A stretch of 64,000 nt of DNA from Longimicrobiales bacterium (GTDB taxonomy: Bacteria > Gemmatimonadota > Gemmatimonadetes > Longimicrobiales > Gaopeijiaceae): assembly GCA_965249725.1 (NCBI GenBank), contig CBDFMQ010000002.1:2784001-2848000 (forward strand), read 5' to 3'. Each line of letters opens with the position of its first letter. Positions within the stretch are counted from its first letter, which is position 1. Made by a program: the position numbers and the translations under genes. Of the stretch, positions 41,496 to 50,241 are shown piece by piece. The notes under the pieces are model-generated. The model was not told the DNA's origin. It worked only from the letters and a program-made list of their open reading frames with translations, and made no database searches.

Positions 41496-42211
41496 TCCCG
41501 GCACCTATGCTCCCCCCTTCCGACGGACTTGCGTGGCGCGAGGAGATCCGCGGCTTCGAAGGCAGCGTGGCCTTGGACGTCCTCCTCGAAGACCTGTGGA
41601 CTCGCGGGATTCCCGTCGTTCCAATCCACATGCTGCCGGTGCCTAGCTTCCAGGGACTTGCCGCAGTGGTAGAGGGCAGGCCCGTGGTCGTGTCGGGCTA
41701 CAGGCATGACGAACCGGGACGGGTCGCGTTTCGCATCTCGCATGAGGCTGGTCACATCGCAAAGGGGGACTGCACGTCTGATGCTCCCGTGGTCGACAAG
41801 GATGAAGAGATTCTGTCGGATGACGCGATGGAGAAGCTCGCTGACCAGTATGCAATCCGAGTGCTCGTGGGCGAAGACACGATTCCTGAGCTAGGCCGCA
41901 GTGCTTTCGACAACTTCCGGGACTTGGCTAATCGGGCCGCTGCGGTGGAGCGGGAGACAGGTGCCGACGCCGGAGCGATCATCTTCTCATGGGCACGTAC
42001 CACGGGCGACTATGCGACTGCCACCATGGCGACCAAGGCGCTGTACCTCTCAACCGGAGCCACCCGAAGTCTAAGGGCCACGGAAAGTCTCATTGCGAGG
42101 GTTGCGCCTCGATCAAGGCAGCCGCGGACGGCCAGCCGCGCCTCGGGTCACCCGAGGTGTGGCGACGCATTGGAACCGTCCATCACATCACCGAAGTCAC
42201 GCAGACGTTGA
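41489..42211 (+). pseudogene. ImmA/IrrE-family metallopeptidase, N-terminally truncated
   Basis: RVAFRISHEAGHI (HExxH), EKLADQYA; abuts the broken IS; C-terminus likely shifted. Confidence 0.7.
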
Positions 42212-42784
42212 GGTCTCTACCCGAGTCCTAAGCCGATATCGGACCGCTGACCGGATCTCGGGCACGTCGAGAACCTCGCATACACGGTCCCACACCGCCG
42301 GTCTCGGCTTGCTTCGCACACCTGCCACTGCGTTGTGGTACGCAAGTAGTTCCAGGGCCTCGTCGCGCCAAAGCAGCTCGACCAACGCACGTGGATCTTG
42401 GTCAGGGTTCTCAGCGGCAGGGCGAAACGGATCGAGCGTGAGTGCCTCGACACTGCCGCGAACCAAGAGCACGCCCCACCACCCGGGGACGAGCTGGAGA
42501 GCAGCCTCGATATGCTTTGGACCAACAACAAGGGTGACGCGGTCCAACACACGACTATACGTCGCAGCCTGGGAGGCCAACCGAGTCAACCGGTCCCGAT
42601 TCGACTTGATCTCGTAGCCATGAAGAACACCGCTCACTGTCGCCAAGTCGATCCGAGCCTGGCCTTGGCAGAGCCCCAGTTCCTCGATCAATAGCGTGTC
42701 CGGGTGTGCCAACTCCTGTTGCTCCAGATACGTCCGAAGCGCCGGTCGCACCTCCGCATCTCGGATCACGTTGTGAGATGTCAA
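42197..42784 (-). CDS. sce7726-family protein (PD-(D/E)xK-like)
   Basis: IEELGL..RIDLA..LHGYEIKSNRDRLTRL..Q..YSRVLD..WWG. Confidence 0.75.
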   Translation of the reverse strand: MTSHNVIRDAEVRPALRTYLEQQELAHPDTLLIEELGLCQGQARIDLATVSGVLHGYEIKSNRDRLTRLASQAATYSRVLDRVTLVVGPKHIEAALQLVPGWWGVLLVRGSVEALTLDPFRPAAENPDQDPRALVELLWRDEALELLAYHNAVAGVRSKPRPAVWDRVCEVLDVPEIRSAVRYRLRTRVETSTSA

Positions 42785-43125
42785 TTCAGCACGGGAGAAA
42801 AGATGACCACCGGCCAGAAGGCAAGATAGCGCGTCGCAAGCTGAGTCTGCTACCGCTGGCCCAGGAGTTCGGCAACGTAAACACGGCGGATGTGGACGCC
42901 CCCCTGGTTGGCAAGTTTGACCTCAAATCGAGGTCGGTGGCGTTCAGGTCAGGTACTGTCGTATGTGCGACATCTTGATGCGACACTTCTGGCCGCGGGC
43001 CCGTATGGTGTTTGTGAGATCGGATCCAAATGGTGCCAGCGGAACTCGGCGGCCCTTCGCCTTGCACGGGTTTCCCGACCCGTCTTGTCGCCCGCGGGCC
43101 CTACCTTGTCCGACATCTGCACTAT

Positions 43126-43650
43126 TCAGTGGGAACCTCCGTGGCTGGTGCACGCCATCGCGCGGAAGCCATGCTGAATCATCCGTTCCGGGGGGTTGTC
43201 CAAGGCACGTAGTGCGGACGGCCGACCGCGCGACCGGACTCGGGCCCGAACGCCTCTCCGTCCTCGCATACGCCGGGACGCCGGTGCGTGGAACGGATTG
43301 CCGAAGAGCTGCGATCCCTGGACCGTCGCGCCCTCGACGCCTTGGACAAGGCCGCGCGCGTCCTCGAATCGCTCGAGACGAAGCTGCCCGTCGTACGCTG
43401 ATTCCGTCCTTGATGCCAAGGAGCCGGGCTTGCAAAATACGTAACCAAAATGGGTACTGATTCCCATGGGCATAGGCCGGCCGTAGAGGCGACGGATGTC
43501 TTCTGTGCATTGGCCGATGCGCCGCGCCGCATCATCCTCCACCAGCAGCCATAGATCGCCCCATCCGATATCTTGAGAGCCTCGATGTAGTCTGCCCGCC
43601 CGGCATCGGTCACCACCAGCGGAAACCACCCCGCGCGGAGCATCACCAGC
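43126..43650 (-). pseudogene. Degraded Fic-family C-terminal fragment
   Basis: LRAGWFPLVV..RADYIEAL..GDL resembles the segment after the Fic motif; multiple frameshifts. Confidence 0.45.
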
Positions 43651-43814
43651 GTCCGACACGGGACCAGACACGACCCGGATTCCCGCTATTTGATGCGGTT
43701 TTCCCGCTATTTCAGTACGGCGGAACCAGATATGGTCTAACGGCAAGAACGGCAGATCGTGCAGTCCTAGTTGAACTTAGGCGATTTCTTGCCGTGAATC
43801 ACATCATCCGTACT

Positions 43815-43835
43815 ACGCCTGATAAGCGTGAGGTC
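43815..43835 (+). other. tRNA-Ile(GAT) anticodon-arm fragment, likely att scar
   Basis: acgcctgataagcgtgaggtc matches the typical tRNA-Ile anticodon arm and variable loop; no acceptor, D or T arms. Confidence 0.65.
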
Positions 43836-43907
43836 CCCGTCTCGTCTTCCCGCGCGGTTTACGCAGGAGCGATCTGATTGGCTCGCCCGATGACCCGAAG
43901 TCATGTC

Positions 43908-44063
43908 ATATAACGTTCAGGGCCTCCGAACCGGCCCACGTTTCAGTGCCTTACATCAAGGACAGATCCACAGCCGCTTCCGCTGACCGAAGCCCATTTG
44001 ATCGAGGGCCGGTTGGGCCGAGGGCCGCCTACAGCGGCCCGAGCCGGAGGCCCCGTGTTACAC
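43908..44063 (-). repeat. att site A1 (154-bp family)
   Basis: TAACGTTCAGGGCCTCCGAACCGGCCC, 69-nt variable loop, conserved 47-nt arm, GTTACAC. Confidence 0.9.
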
Positions 44064-44179
44064 GGCGTTTCCCCACGCGCCTCTTCAATCCGCTCCTAAT
44101 CTGGTGAGACAATCGGGAATGCGACTGTATTTGGCACTGGCGTGAACTAGCGGATTGCAATTCGGCCGCTGCACCTTCC

Positions 44180-44977
44180 TTATCCCGGCACCAACGCCAG
44201 GCACGCCCCCACCGGATCCTGAACCACCGCACATTCGTACTCCCCATCGTGCCCCCGTGTGGCCTTGATGATCTTACCCCCTCCCTCCCCTACGCGACGG
44301 AGACTTTCGGCGAGGTCGCCAACGGGGAGGAAAATCATCCAGATAGGCGGCAAACCTAGGTTCACGCCGCGCGCATGGCAGACTCCCGCCGCCGGGTTTC
44401 CGTCATCGCCGAACAAGTGGTAGTCGGCATAGGGCCCGCTTGCGTCCTCCATCTCGACGTCCTGCGCGGACCAGTGAACGACCTGTCGGTAGAAGTCACG
44501 AGTTGCCGAGGCGTCAGAGACCGTCAGGTCGAGCCAGGAGATGCGTCCCACACGCGCCGCAGCGTCGCGCGATGCGGCGCCGTCAGTTGGGAGGATCGCC
44601 TCCGCAGAAACGACGGGGATGATCCCGAACGCCGCCCCATTCGGATCGAGCAGCACCGCCCACTGACTCTTTCCAGCGTCGCCTTTGGCATGCATGAGCT
44701 CACTCCCGCCCAGATCCAGCGCTCGCCCCACACTGGCTGCGACATCGGCGACCTGAATGTGCGGCATCCATTGGAGCGGGAGGTGAGCATATTCCGCGCT
44801 GCGCGCGCCCAAGCCGATGATCGGCATGCCCAGGTTGTTCATCAGATCCTCGCGCCAAAGCGGATTCTCGCCCGTGCTGAGTACACGTGAGTAGAAGCGC
44901 ACTTCACGTTCGTGTTCGGGAACGGCGATGTCGGCGCTGAGGATTCCGCCGACGCGTGGGACAAGGGGGTCACTCAT
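44180..44977 (-). CDS. VOC/glyoxalase family protein, two domains (cassette)
   Basis: WMPHIQVADV..DPNGAAFG; ISWLDLTVSD..RDFY..DPVGA. Confidence 0.85.
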   Translation of the reverse strand: MSDPLVPRVGGILSADIAVPEHEREVRFYSRVLSTGENPLWREDLMNNLGMPIIGLGARSAEYAHLPLQWMPHIQVADVAASVGRALDLGGSELMHAKGDAGKSQWAVLLDPNGAAFGIIPVVSAEAILPTDGAASRDAAARVGRISWLDLTVSDASATRDFYRQVVHWSAQDVEMEDASGPYADYHLFGDDGNPAAGVCHARGVNLGLPPIWMIFLPVGDLAESLRRVGEGGGKIIKATRGHDGEYECAVVQDPVGACLALVPG

Positions 44978-45316
44978 GGTTCGCGTCCTGGTTGACATCA
45001 TGTTGGGTCAAGGTTCATTGGCCAGATATGGACTTCAATGGGCATCGCGGCAACGATTCTCGAGGCAGGGGCCCGAGACCTTCTCGAAGAATGGTACCGG
45101 GTGAGGCCACAGTCCGTGCGGGTGATCCGGAGGCGGCCTAGCTAGGAATTGGCCTGTACCAATCCGGGTCTGATACTGTGCTCATCTCTGCGATAATCCC
45201 GCCCCATGGCGCAGACCGCACACCCGGACACGGTTCTGCGAACCTGCAAAGGGCCCCGTTGTTCCGCATTTCGGACGACCTACATGAGAAATGTCGATCT
45301 CATCTACGACAATGAC

Positions 45317-45470
45317 GTGTAACGTTCAGGGCCTCCGAACCGGCCCACATTCGTGGGTTACTTCTGCTCTCTTCCACGTACCACTTCCGTAACTCCACGT
45401 CCTCCCGGTCGTGGCCGGTTGGGTCGAGGGCCGCCTACAGCGGCCCGAGCCGGAGGCCCATTTGTTATCA
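45317..45470 (-). repeat. att site A2
   Basis: Same 27-nt and 47-nt arms; 66-nt loop; ends GTTATCA. Confidence 0.9.
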
Positions 45471-45484
45471 GGCGTTGCCGTGTT

Positions 45485-45817
45485 TCACGACAGCACTAGG
45501 TAGGCGGCCACTTCGTCGTCCTCGAACTCGTAAATCCGAGCCGAGTTGGACCGCAGGATCCTCTCTGTTTCTTGGACGCTACAATTGCCGCGGCGTATCC
45601 AGATGACCTTCGGAGGGGGGCCGAAGACGAAGCTCATTTGCTGGAAATCGTTGTCCTTCGACACGATTACCAAGTTCGCCTCCCTCGCATGGTCCCAGAT
45701 CTCTGAATCCGACGCTCTTGTCATCCCCAAATCCCGAACGTGTACAGAATCAGGGAAGATGTCGGCGAGGGCGTGAGCTAAGCGTGGGGCCAGGTTCTCA
45801 TCGAAAAGGAGCTTCAC
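45485..45817 (-). CDS. DUF5615 PIN-like toxin
   Basis: KLLFDENL, SDSEIW, IVSKDNDF, PPKVIWIR.GN. Confidence 0.88.
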   Translation of the reverse strand: MKLLFDENLAPRLAHALADIFPDSVHVRDLGMTRASDSEIWDHAREANLVIVSKDNDFQQMSFVFGPPPKVIWIRRGNCSVQETERILRSNSARIYEFEDDEVAAYLVLS

Positions 45818-45821
45818 CGCC

Positions 45822-46049
45822 TCACGCCGGAGGCAGCGCGATCAGGCGACGCTCCCGTTCTGCAGCGAACGCCAGGGCCGCCTTGATGTCCTCCCTCTCC
45901 AGATCCGGCAACTCCGCCAGGATCTCGTCCTCCGTCATTCCGGAGGCTAGGTAGTCGAGCACATCGGACACCGTGATCCGCATCCCGCGGATACACGGCT
46001 TCCCACTTCTCTTGCCTGACTCGATCGTGATTCGGTCTCGGTAGTCCAT
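45822..46049 (-). CDS. DUF433 antitoxin
   Basis: GKPCIRGMRITV..GMTEDEIL..DLEREDI.AAL.FAA. Confidence 0.9.
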   Translation of the reverse strand: MDYRDRITIESGKRSGKPCIRGMRITVSDVLDYLASGMTEDEILAELPDLEREDIKAALAFAAERERRLIALPPA

Positions 46050-46217
46050 GCCTCAAATACCCCCAACCTCTTCGGAAGGGTCAAGCTTGCATTGCCAACA
46101 CTGACTCGGCACACGATCGCCTGCAAGATCCTTCTGCTCGAATCGCTTCACCTGTGCGAGCCCAGAACTCGATCGGTCGCCCTCGCCCTGGCCGTTTTCT
46201 CTGCCGGAGCAATGTCC

Positions 46218-46372
46218 TGATAACGTTCTAGGGTGCCGACGTTGCCCGTCGCATGCGCCGCACGAACCCGCCGGCACCAGATGCACCAATACCGCTCACG
46301 CGCGAGCCACGTCAAAGGGCAATGTACAGCGTAGCGAACGAAGTGAGCGCAGCCGGCACCCGGTTGTTATCG
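46218..46372 (-). repeat. att site A3 (divergent sequence, same fold and length)
   Basis: TAACGTTC; GGGTGCCG/CGGCACCC; ACGTTGCCC/GGGCAATGT; side hairpin; GTTATCG. Confidence 0.82.
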
Positions 46373-46439
46373 GAAGTGACCGTGCTGGCCACCCTTGGTC
46401 GTGCTGAGCGTAGGCGCCGACCCTATCCCTTGCTAGCAC

Positions 46440-46455
46440 ATAGCAGTACTGCTAT
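46440..46455. promoter_or_regulatory. Palindromic operator upstream of a TA operon
   Basis: atagcagtactgctat, perfect 16-bp palindrome 8 bp before the toxin ATG. Confidence 0.65.
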
Positions 46456-46463
46456 TCTCCATC

Positions 46464-46836
46464 ATGTCCTCGCCGGCCCGGAAACCGCTCCACTTCGTGG
46501 CCTCAAGCATCAAGGATCTCCGCGGTCTGCCGGAGGAGATCAAGGATGTGTTCGGGGCCGCCTTGCCTTGACGCTCAATACGGGGACCACCCCGCAGGAG
46601 CGAAACCATTCGGCGAGGGAGTGCCACGGGAGGTCATGAAACTGGTAGAGGACTACGACGGCAATACGTACCGCGCCGCCTACACGGTCGCGCTGAAGAG
46701 CGCGGTCTACGTACTCCATGTCTTCACCAAGAAGTCGAAGCGGGGAATCGGCACGCCACGTCCGGACAAGGATGCGATTCGGTCAAGACTCCAGGCGGCG
46801 AGGGAACACCACGCGAGGTACTACGAGAAGAGTTAA
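46464..46836 (+). pseudogene. RelE/Gp49-like toxin, frameshifted at about 46566
   Basis: KPLHFVASSIKDLRGLP.. then GNTYRAAY..VYVLHVFTKKS; one extra C in ttgccttgac. Confidence 0.8.
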
Positions 46837-46861
46837 AGGCAGTTCTAGAGGAGAAGATGCA

Positions 46862-47200
46862 ATGAGCGACGATCTGAAGATTCACGACAGCACGGGCAAC
46901 GTCTTCGCCGACATCGGCGCCCGCGACGCCGAGGAGCTGCTCGCAAAGGCGGAACTCGCGCGTCTCATCCGACACGAGCTCACACGGCGCGGACTCACGC
47001 AGGCCGTGGCTGCAGACCTCCTCGGCATGAAGCAGCCTGATGTCTCGGACCTGGTACGCGGGAAGCTGTCCCGCTTCAGCCTATCGCGGCTTGAGAGACT
47101 GCTGAACGCTCTCGACCTTGAGATTCGAATCCAGGTCGGGCCGAAGCCTGCCGACAAGGCTCAGGCCGGCATCACTGTTGAGCTCGTCGAGTCATTCTGA
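46862..47200 (+). CDS. XRE/HTH_37 antitoxin
   Basis: STGNVFADIG, LTQ..AA.LLG..QPDVSDL.RGK..FS. Confidence 0.88.
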   Translation: MSDDLKIHDSTGNVFADIGARDAEELLAKAELARLIRHELTRRGLTQAVAADLLGMKQPDVSDLVRGKLSRFSLSRLERLLNALDLEIRIQVGPKPADKAQAGITVELVESF

Positions 47201-47239
47201 CCTGCGGCCTCGGCCCTCCACATAGTGCACGGTCATTTC

Positions 47240-47393
47240 CGATAACGTTCAGGGCCTCCGAACCGGCCCTCACTTCGGTTCTTGGTTCTGCTCCAACTCA
47301 GCTATCAATCCCGTCGACCAATCGCCCCGGTCGCGGGCCGGTTGGGTCGAGGGCCGCCTATAGCGGCCCGAGCCGGAGACCCCTCTGTTAGAC
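47240..47393 (-). repeat. att site A4
   Basis: Conserved arms; 66-nt loop; ends GTTAGAC. Confidence 0.9.
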
Positions 47394-47412
47394 GATGCCG
47401 TTCCACACTCGT

Positions 47413-47718
47413 CTACTTCGTCGTCGTTCCTGCTTCAGCGTGTAGCTTGATCCCAAGAGCCTTGACCACCTTCAGGATTGTGTCAAAGCCCGGGCTACGC
47501 TCGCCGGACAACGCCTTGTACAGGCTCTCTCGAGACAGTCCAGCGTCTCTGGCCACCTGAGTCATTCCCTTGGCCCGGGCGATGTCTCCAAGGGCCTTGG
47601 CCACAAATGCGGCGTCACCATCCGCCTCCTCGAGGCACGCCTCTAGGTACGCAGCCATTTCTTCTGGCGTCCTGAGATGTTCAGCAACGTCGTATCGGGT
47701 CGTCTGAGTCGTTCCCAT
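47413..47718 (-). CDS. Addiction-module antidote (HTH antitoxin)
   Basis: YDVAEHL..ALGDIARAKGMTQVA..GLSRESLYKALS. Confidence 0.9.
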   Translation of the reverse strand: MGTTQTTRYDVAEHLRTPEEMAAYLEACLEEADGDAAFVAKALGDIARAKGMTQVARDAGLSRESLYKALSGERSPGFDTILKVVKALGIKLHAEAGTTTK

Positions 47719-47724
47719 GCTCTT

Positions 47725-48021
47725 TTACTCCGATAGATCGCGAGCGAGGCGTAGCGCAGCCTTGATGTCCTTGGTCTGCGAACTCTTATCCCCTCCCGCA
47801 AGCAAGATGATCAGCTCCCGCCCATACCGTTTGAAATAGACTCGGTATCCGGGTCCGTAATCGATTCGTAGTTCCGAGACACCCTCACCAACGGGCCTGA
47901 CATCCCCTGGATTGCCGACAGCAAGCCGCTCAATCCGGACCTGAACGCGGGCTCTCGCCCGCATATCTCGGAGGTCGTCTAGCCACCGCGCGAAGAACTC
48001 AGTCTTACGGATCTCGATCAT
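47725..48021 (-). CDS. Addiction-module killer (RelE/ParE superfamily toxin)
   Basis: GNPGDV.PVGEGVSELRIDYGPGYRVY, LLAGGDKSSQ. Confidence 0.9.
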   Translation of the reverse strand: MIEIRKTEFFARWLDDLRDMRARARVQVRIERLAVGNPGDVRPVGEGVSELRIDYGPGYRVYFKRYGRELIILLAGGDKSSQTKDIKAALRLARDLSE

Positions 48022-48026
48022 GTCCA

Positions 48027-48055
48027 AGTGTAGCCACGTGGCTACAGTCGGTCAA
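48027..48055 (-). promoter_or_regulatory. Sigma70-type promoter overlapped by an 18-bp palindrome, probably leaderless
   Basis: TTGACC-17 bp-TACACT on the minus strand; tgtagccacgtggctaca at 48029-48046; ATG 5 nt after the -10. Confidence 0.7.
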
Positions 48056-48090
48056 TCCAATAGCTGCGGTCGCGGTCGGTGTCGATTGCC

Positions 48091-48372
48091 TCACCAGTAC
48101 CACCCGGCCTCACGCGGATGAACATACGACCTCGCCTCACACTGCCCACGTTTGATCGCAGCTTGCGAACGCCGACGCTCCCGCCGGTTCAAGCGATTCC
48201 TGTACCACCGCGGAGGCACACACAGCCACTCGCATCCCCGCGAGCTAGCCTTCCATCCCTTGATCCGGCCGCCCGGCAGGATCTTCCACCTTCTCTGAGC
48301 CATTTCGCCCTCCCTGTAGAGTGCTACAGGAAGGGCGCCCTTTCCTTCAGAATCATACGTGCCATCTGTCAA
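48091..48372 (-). CDS. Small basic Trp-rich hypothetical protein
   Basis: PPRWYRNRLNRRERRR..GWYW; GGAGG upstream; start uncertain. Confidence 0.45.
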   Translation of the reverse strand: MTDGTYDSEGKGALPVALYREGEMAQRRWKILPGGRIKGWKASSRGCEWLCVPPRWYRNRLNRRERRRSQAAIKRGQCEARSYVHPREAGWYW

Positions 48373-48495
48373 ACCTCCTTTACCAGCGTTCTTGCCCCGT
48401 CGACAACATCAAGCGCACGCCTGCCGCCTACGTGCCGCAATGCGCTCCTCCAGCCAGGTCGCGTAGCTCTCCGCAGATCTTGTTTCAAGGCCAGG

Positions 48496-48519
48496 TAGTT
48501 ATTACCGTTGTTATAACTA
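48496..48519. promoter_or_regulatory. AT-rich inverted repeat upstream of the AbrB-Doc operon
   Basis: tagttat-N10-ataacta. Confidence 0.5.
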
Positions 48520-48539
48520 TCACAAACGAGGACTCGCTC

Positions 48540-48767
48540 ATGCCCAAGCAAACCACGATCCGCGCTATCGGCAACTCGGCCGGTACGACCATCCCAAAGC
48601 CTATGCTCGAGCGTTATCACTTGGGCGAAGGCGACGCCGTCCATTTGGTTGAGACCGAGGAAGGCATCCTGATCACTCCCTTCGATCCAGACTTCGATGA
48701 GGCCATGGAGATCTACGCAGAGGGTGCCAAGCGCTATCGCAATGCCATGCGTGAACTCGCCAAGTGA
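48540..48767 (+). CDS. AbrB/MazE-type antitoxin
   Basis: IRAIGNSAGTTIPK..GD.V.L..GILITP; stop overlaps the Doc start. Confidence 0.85.
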   Translation: MPKQTTIRAIGNSAGTTIPKPMLERYHLGEGDAVHLVETEEGILITPFDPDFDEAMEIYAEGAKRYRNAMRELAK

Positions 48768-49153
48768 CCGAGCCACGTTGGCTTTCTCAAGTACAAGTCC
48801 TCTCCATCCATTCTGATCAGATCCAAGCCCACGGCGGATCCCTTGGGCTCCGGGACAGGGGACTCCTGGAGTCCGCCCTCGAACGCCCTCGCAATCGCTT
48901 CCATTACGATCCCGAGGCCGACCTCCCTTCTCTCGCGGCCGCGTACGGGTTTGGACTTTCAAGCAATCATCCCTTCGTGGACGGCAACAAGCGCATCGCC
49001 TTTCAAGCCATGTATCTCTTCCTCGGTTTGAACGGCTTCCGCATTGATGCCTCTGAAGAAGAGGTCGCCACTACTATCCTTTCTCTGGCGCGCGGTGACC
49101 TCGACGAACCCACCCTGGCTGACTGGCTCCGTCACAACATCTCTCCTCGCTGA
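48764..49153 (+). CDS. Death-on-curing (Doc/Fic) toxin
   Basis: GLRDRGLLESAL.RP, NHPFVDGNKR. Confidence 0.92.
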   Translation: MTEPRWLSQVQVLSIHSDQIQAHGGSLGLRDRGLLESALERPRNRFHYDPEADLPSLAAAYGFGLSSNHPFVDGNKRIAFQAMYLFLGLNGFRIDASEEEVATTILSLARGDLDEPTLADWLRHNISPR

Positions 49154-49179
49154 CTCAGCCCCTTCATTCGAGGCATTGC

Positions 49180-49333
49180 GGCTAACGTTCAGGGCCTCCG
49201 AACCGGCCCCACCTTCCGTTCTCTACTCTACGGCAGATCCGCTGCCGCCTTCGTTGACCGAAGACCTCCCGGTCGCGGCCGGTTGGGTCGAGGGCCGCTT
49301 ACAGCGGCCCGAGTCGGAGGCCCCGTGTTATGT
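49180..49333 (-). repeat. att site A5
   Basis: Conserved arms; 67-nt loop; ends GTTATGT. Confidence 0.9.
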
Positions 49334-49422
49334 GACGTCGTGACCACGCAAGACCGTTCCCTTCTCTGCCAACGGCGACACGAACGCGCGCGGTCCGCGC
49401 GAGCACCACACCCGCACCCCTC

Positions 49423-49881
49423 CTATCGTGAAACCTCAAGCCACTGGTCCATGAACTCCGCAAAGTCTCCTGGCATGTCTGGACGGGACGCCACCCATGC
49501 CTCCCGAGCATATGGGAGCCGCAGAGTCTCCGCGAGCAAGAGGTCCAAGGCGGTCGGAGGAAGGACGTCATTGTCTACCTGACGCCACACGAGTTCCGCT
49601 TGACGGAAGAGGGCCTCCAGCCTAAAGGCGACAAGCATTCGCTCCTCAGTGCTGAAGTCGTCACGGAGCGCTCCGCTACGTATCCGACTGTACAAGGCAA
49701 GCCACTCTCGGTCTCCCGCCATCGTCGTGACCAAGTCGGTCGTGAAGATCGCGACGTCGCGGTATGCCTCGGCCCGGGCTACTGCCGTGTTCTGTCGTAT
49801 CTCTAGCCCCACGAAGACTAGAGAAAAAGTCACACCGAGTATGCCGATCAATTCCTTCAGAGCCGTGCGTTTCGCCATCAT
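49423..49881 (-). CDS. Hypothetical protein with N-terminal TM helix (cassette)
   Basis: ELIGILGVTFSLVFVGLEIRQNT; sole long ORF of its cassette; GGAG RBS. Confidence 0.7.
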   Translation of the reverse strand: MMAKRTALKELIGILGVTFSLVFVGLEIRQNTAVARAEAYRDVAIFTTDLVTTMAGDREWLALYSRIRSGALRDDFSTEERMLVAFRLEALFRQAELVWRQVDNDVLPPTALDLLLAETLRLPYAREAWVASRPDMPGDFAEFMDQWLEVSR

Positions 49882-50029
49882 GGATCACTCCCGACAAGAT
49901 CGGCCAGAGTCGATGAGCCACGTTCCTTGCGTCGACCCCGTAAGTTGAACCGCGCCATCCATGCACGCCGACTCCATCTTCTTATCCCTTGCCCTTCCAT
50001 TCCACAACTATGCTTGCCTGAGCGATTGC

Positions 50030-50182
50030 ACATAACGTTCAGGGCCTCCGAACCGGCCCCACATTCGTTTCTTGCTTCTGCTCCAATCTTCTATCACACA
50101 GTTCGACCGAAGTCCAACCGGTTGCGGCCGGTTGGGTCGAGGGCCGCCTTCAGCGGCCCGAGCCGGAGGCCCAGTGTTATAT
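50030..50182 (-). repeat. att site A6
   Basis: Conserved arms; 66-nt loop; ends GTTATAT. Confidence 0.9.
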
Positions 50183-50241
50183 GATGTGACGCTGGTCAAC
50201 TAAGTACTGCTGTTGATACTTCGGCGGGACGGGTCCTAGAG

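Noticed and set aside
40267..41631. 454-aa ORF as one full transposase
   Set aside because: Its N-terminal part is an off-frame read of OrfA and the antisense of ImmA; OrfB starts at about 41274.
43815..43835. Functional tRNA-Ile gene
   Set aside because: Only the anticodon arm and part of the variable loop are present.
48510..48517. gttataac as a hidden att site
   Set aside because: No flanking stems; it is part of the AbrB-Doc promoter inverted repeat.
43908..50182. CRISPR-like reading (constant arms around a 66-69-nt variable core)
   Set aside because: Units are separated by whole genes, the cores share motifs (ttctgctc, gaccgaag, cccggtcg) so they are diverged homologues rather than spacers, and no cas genes are present.
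43908..50182. MITE/REP or ncRNA explanation for family A
   Set aside because: No target-site duplications are visible, and flanks pair between neighbouring copies across the intervening gene, which fits cassettes. Transcription of the sites cannot be excluded.
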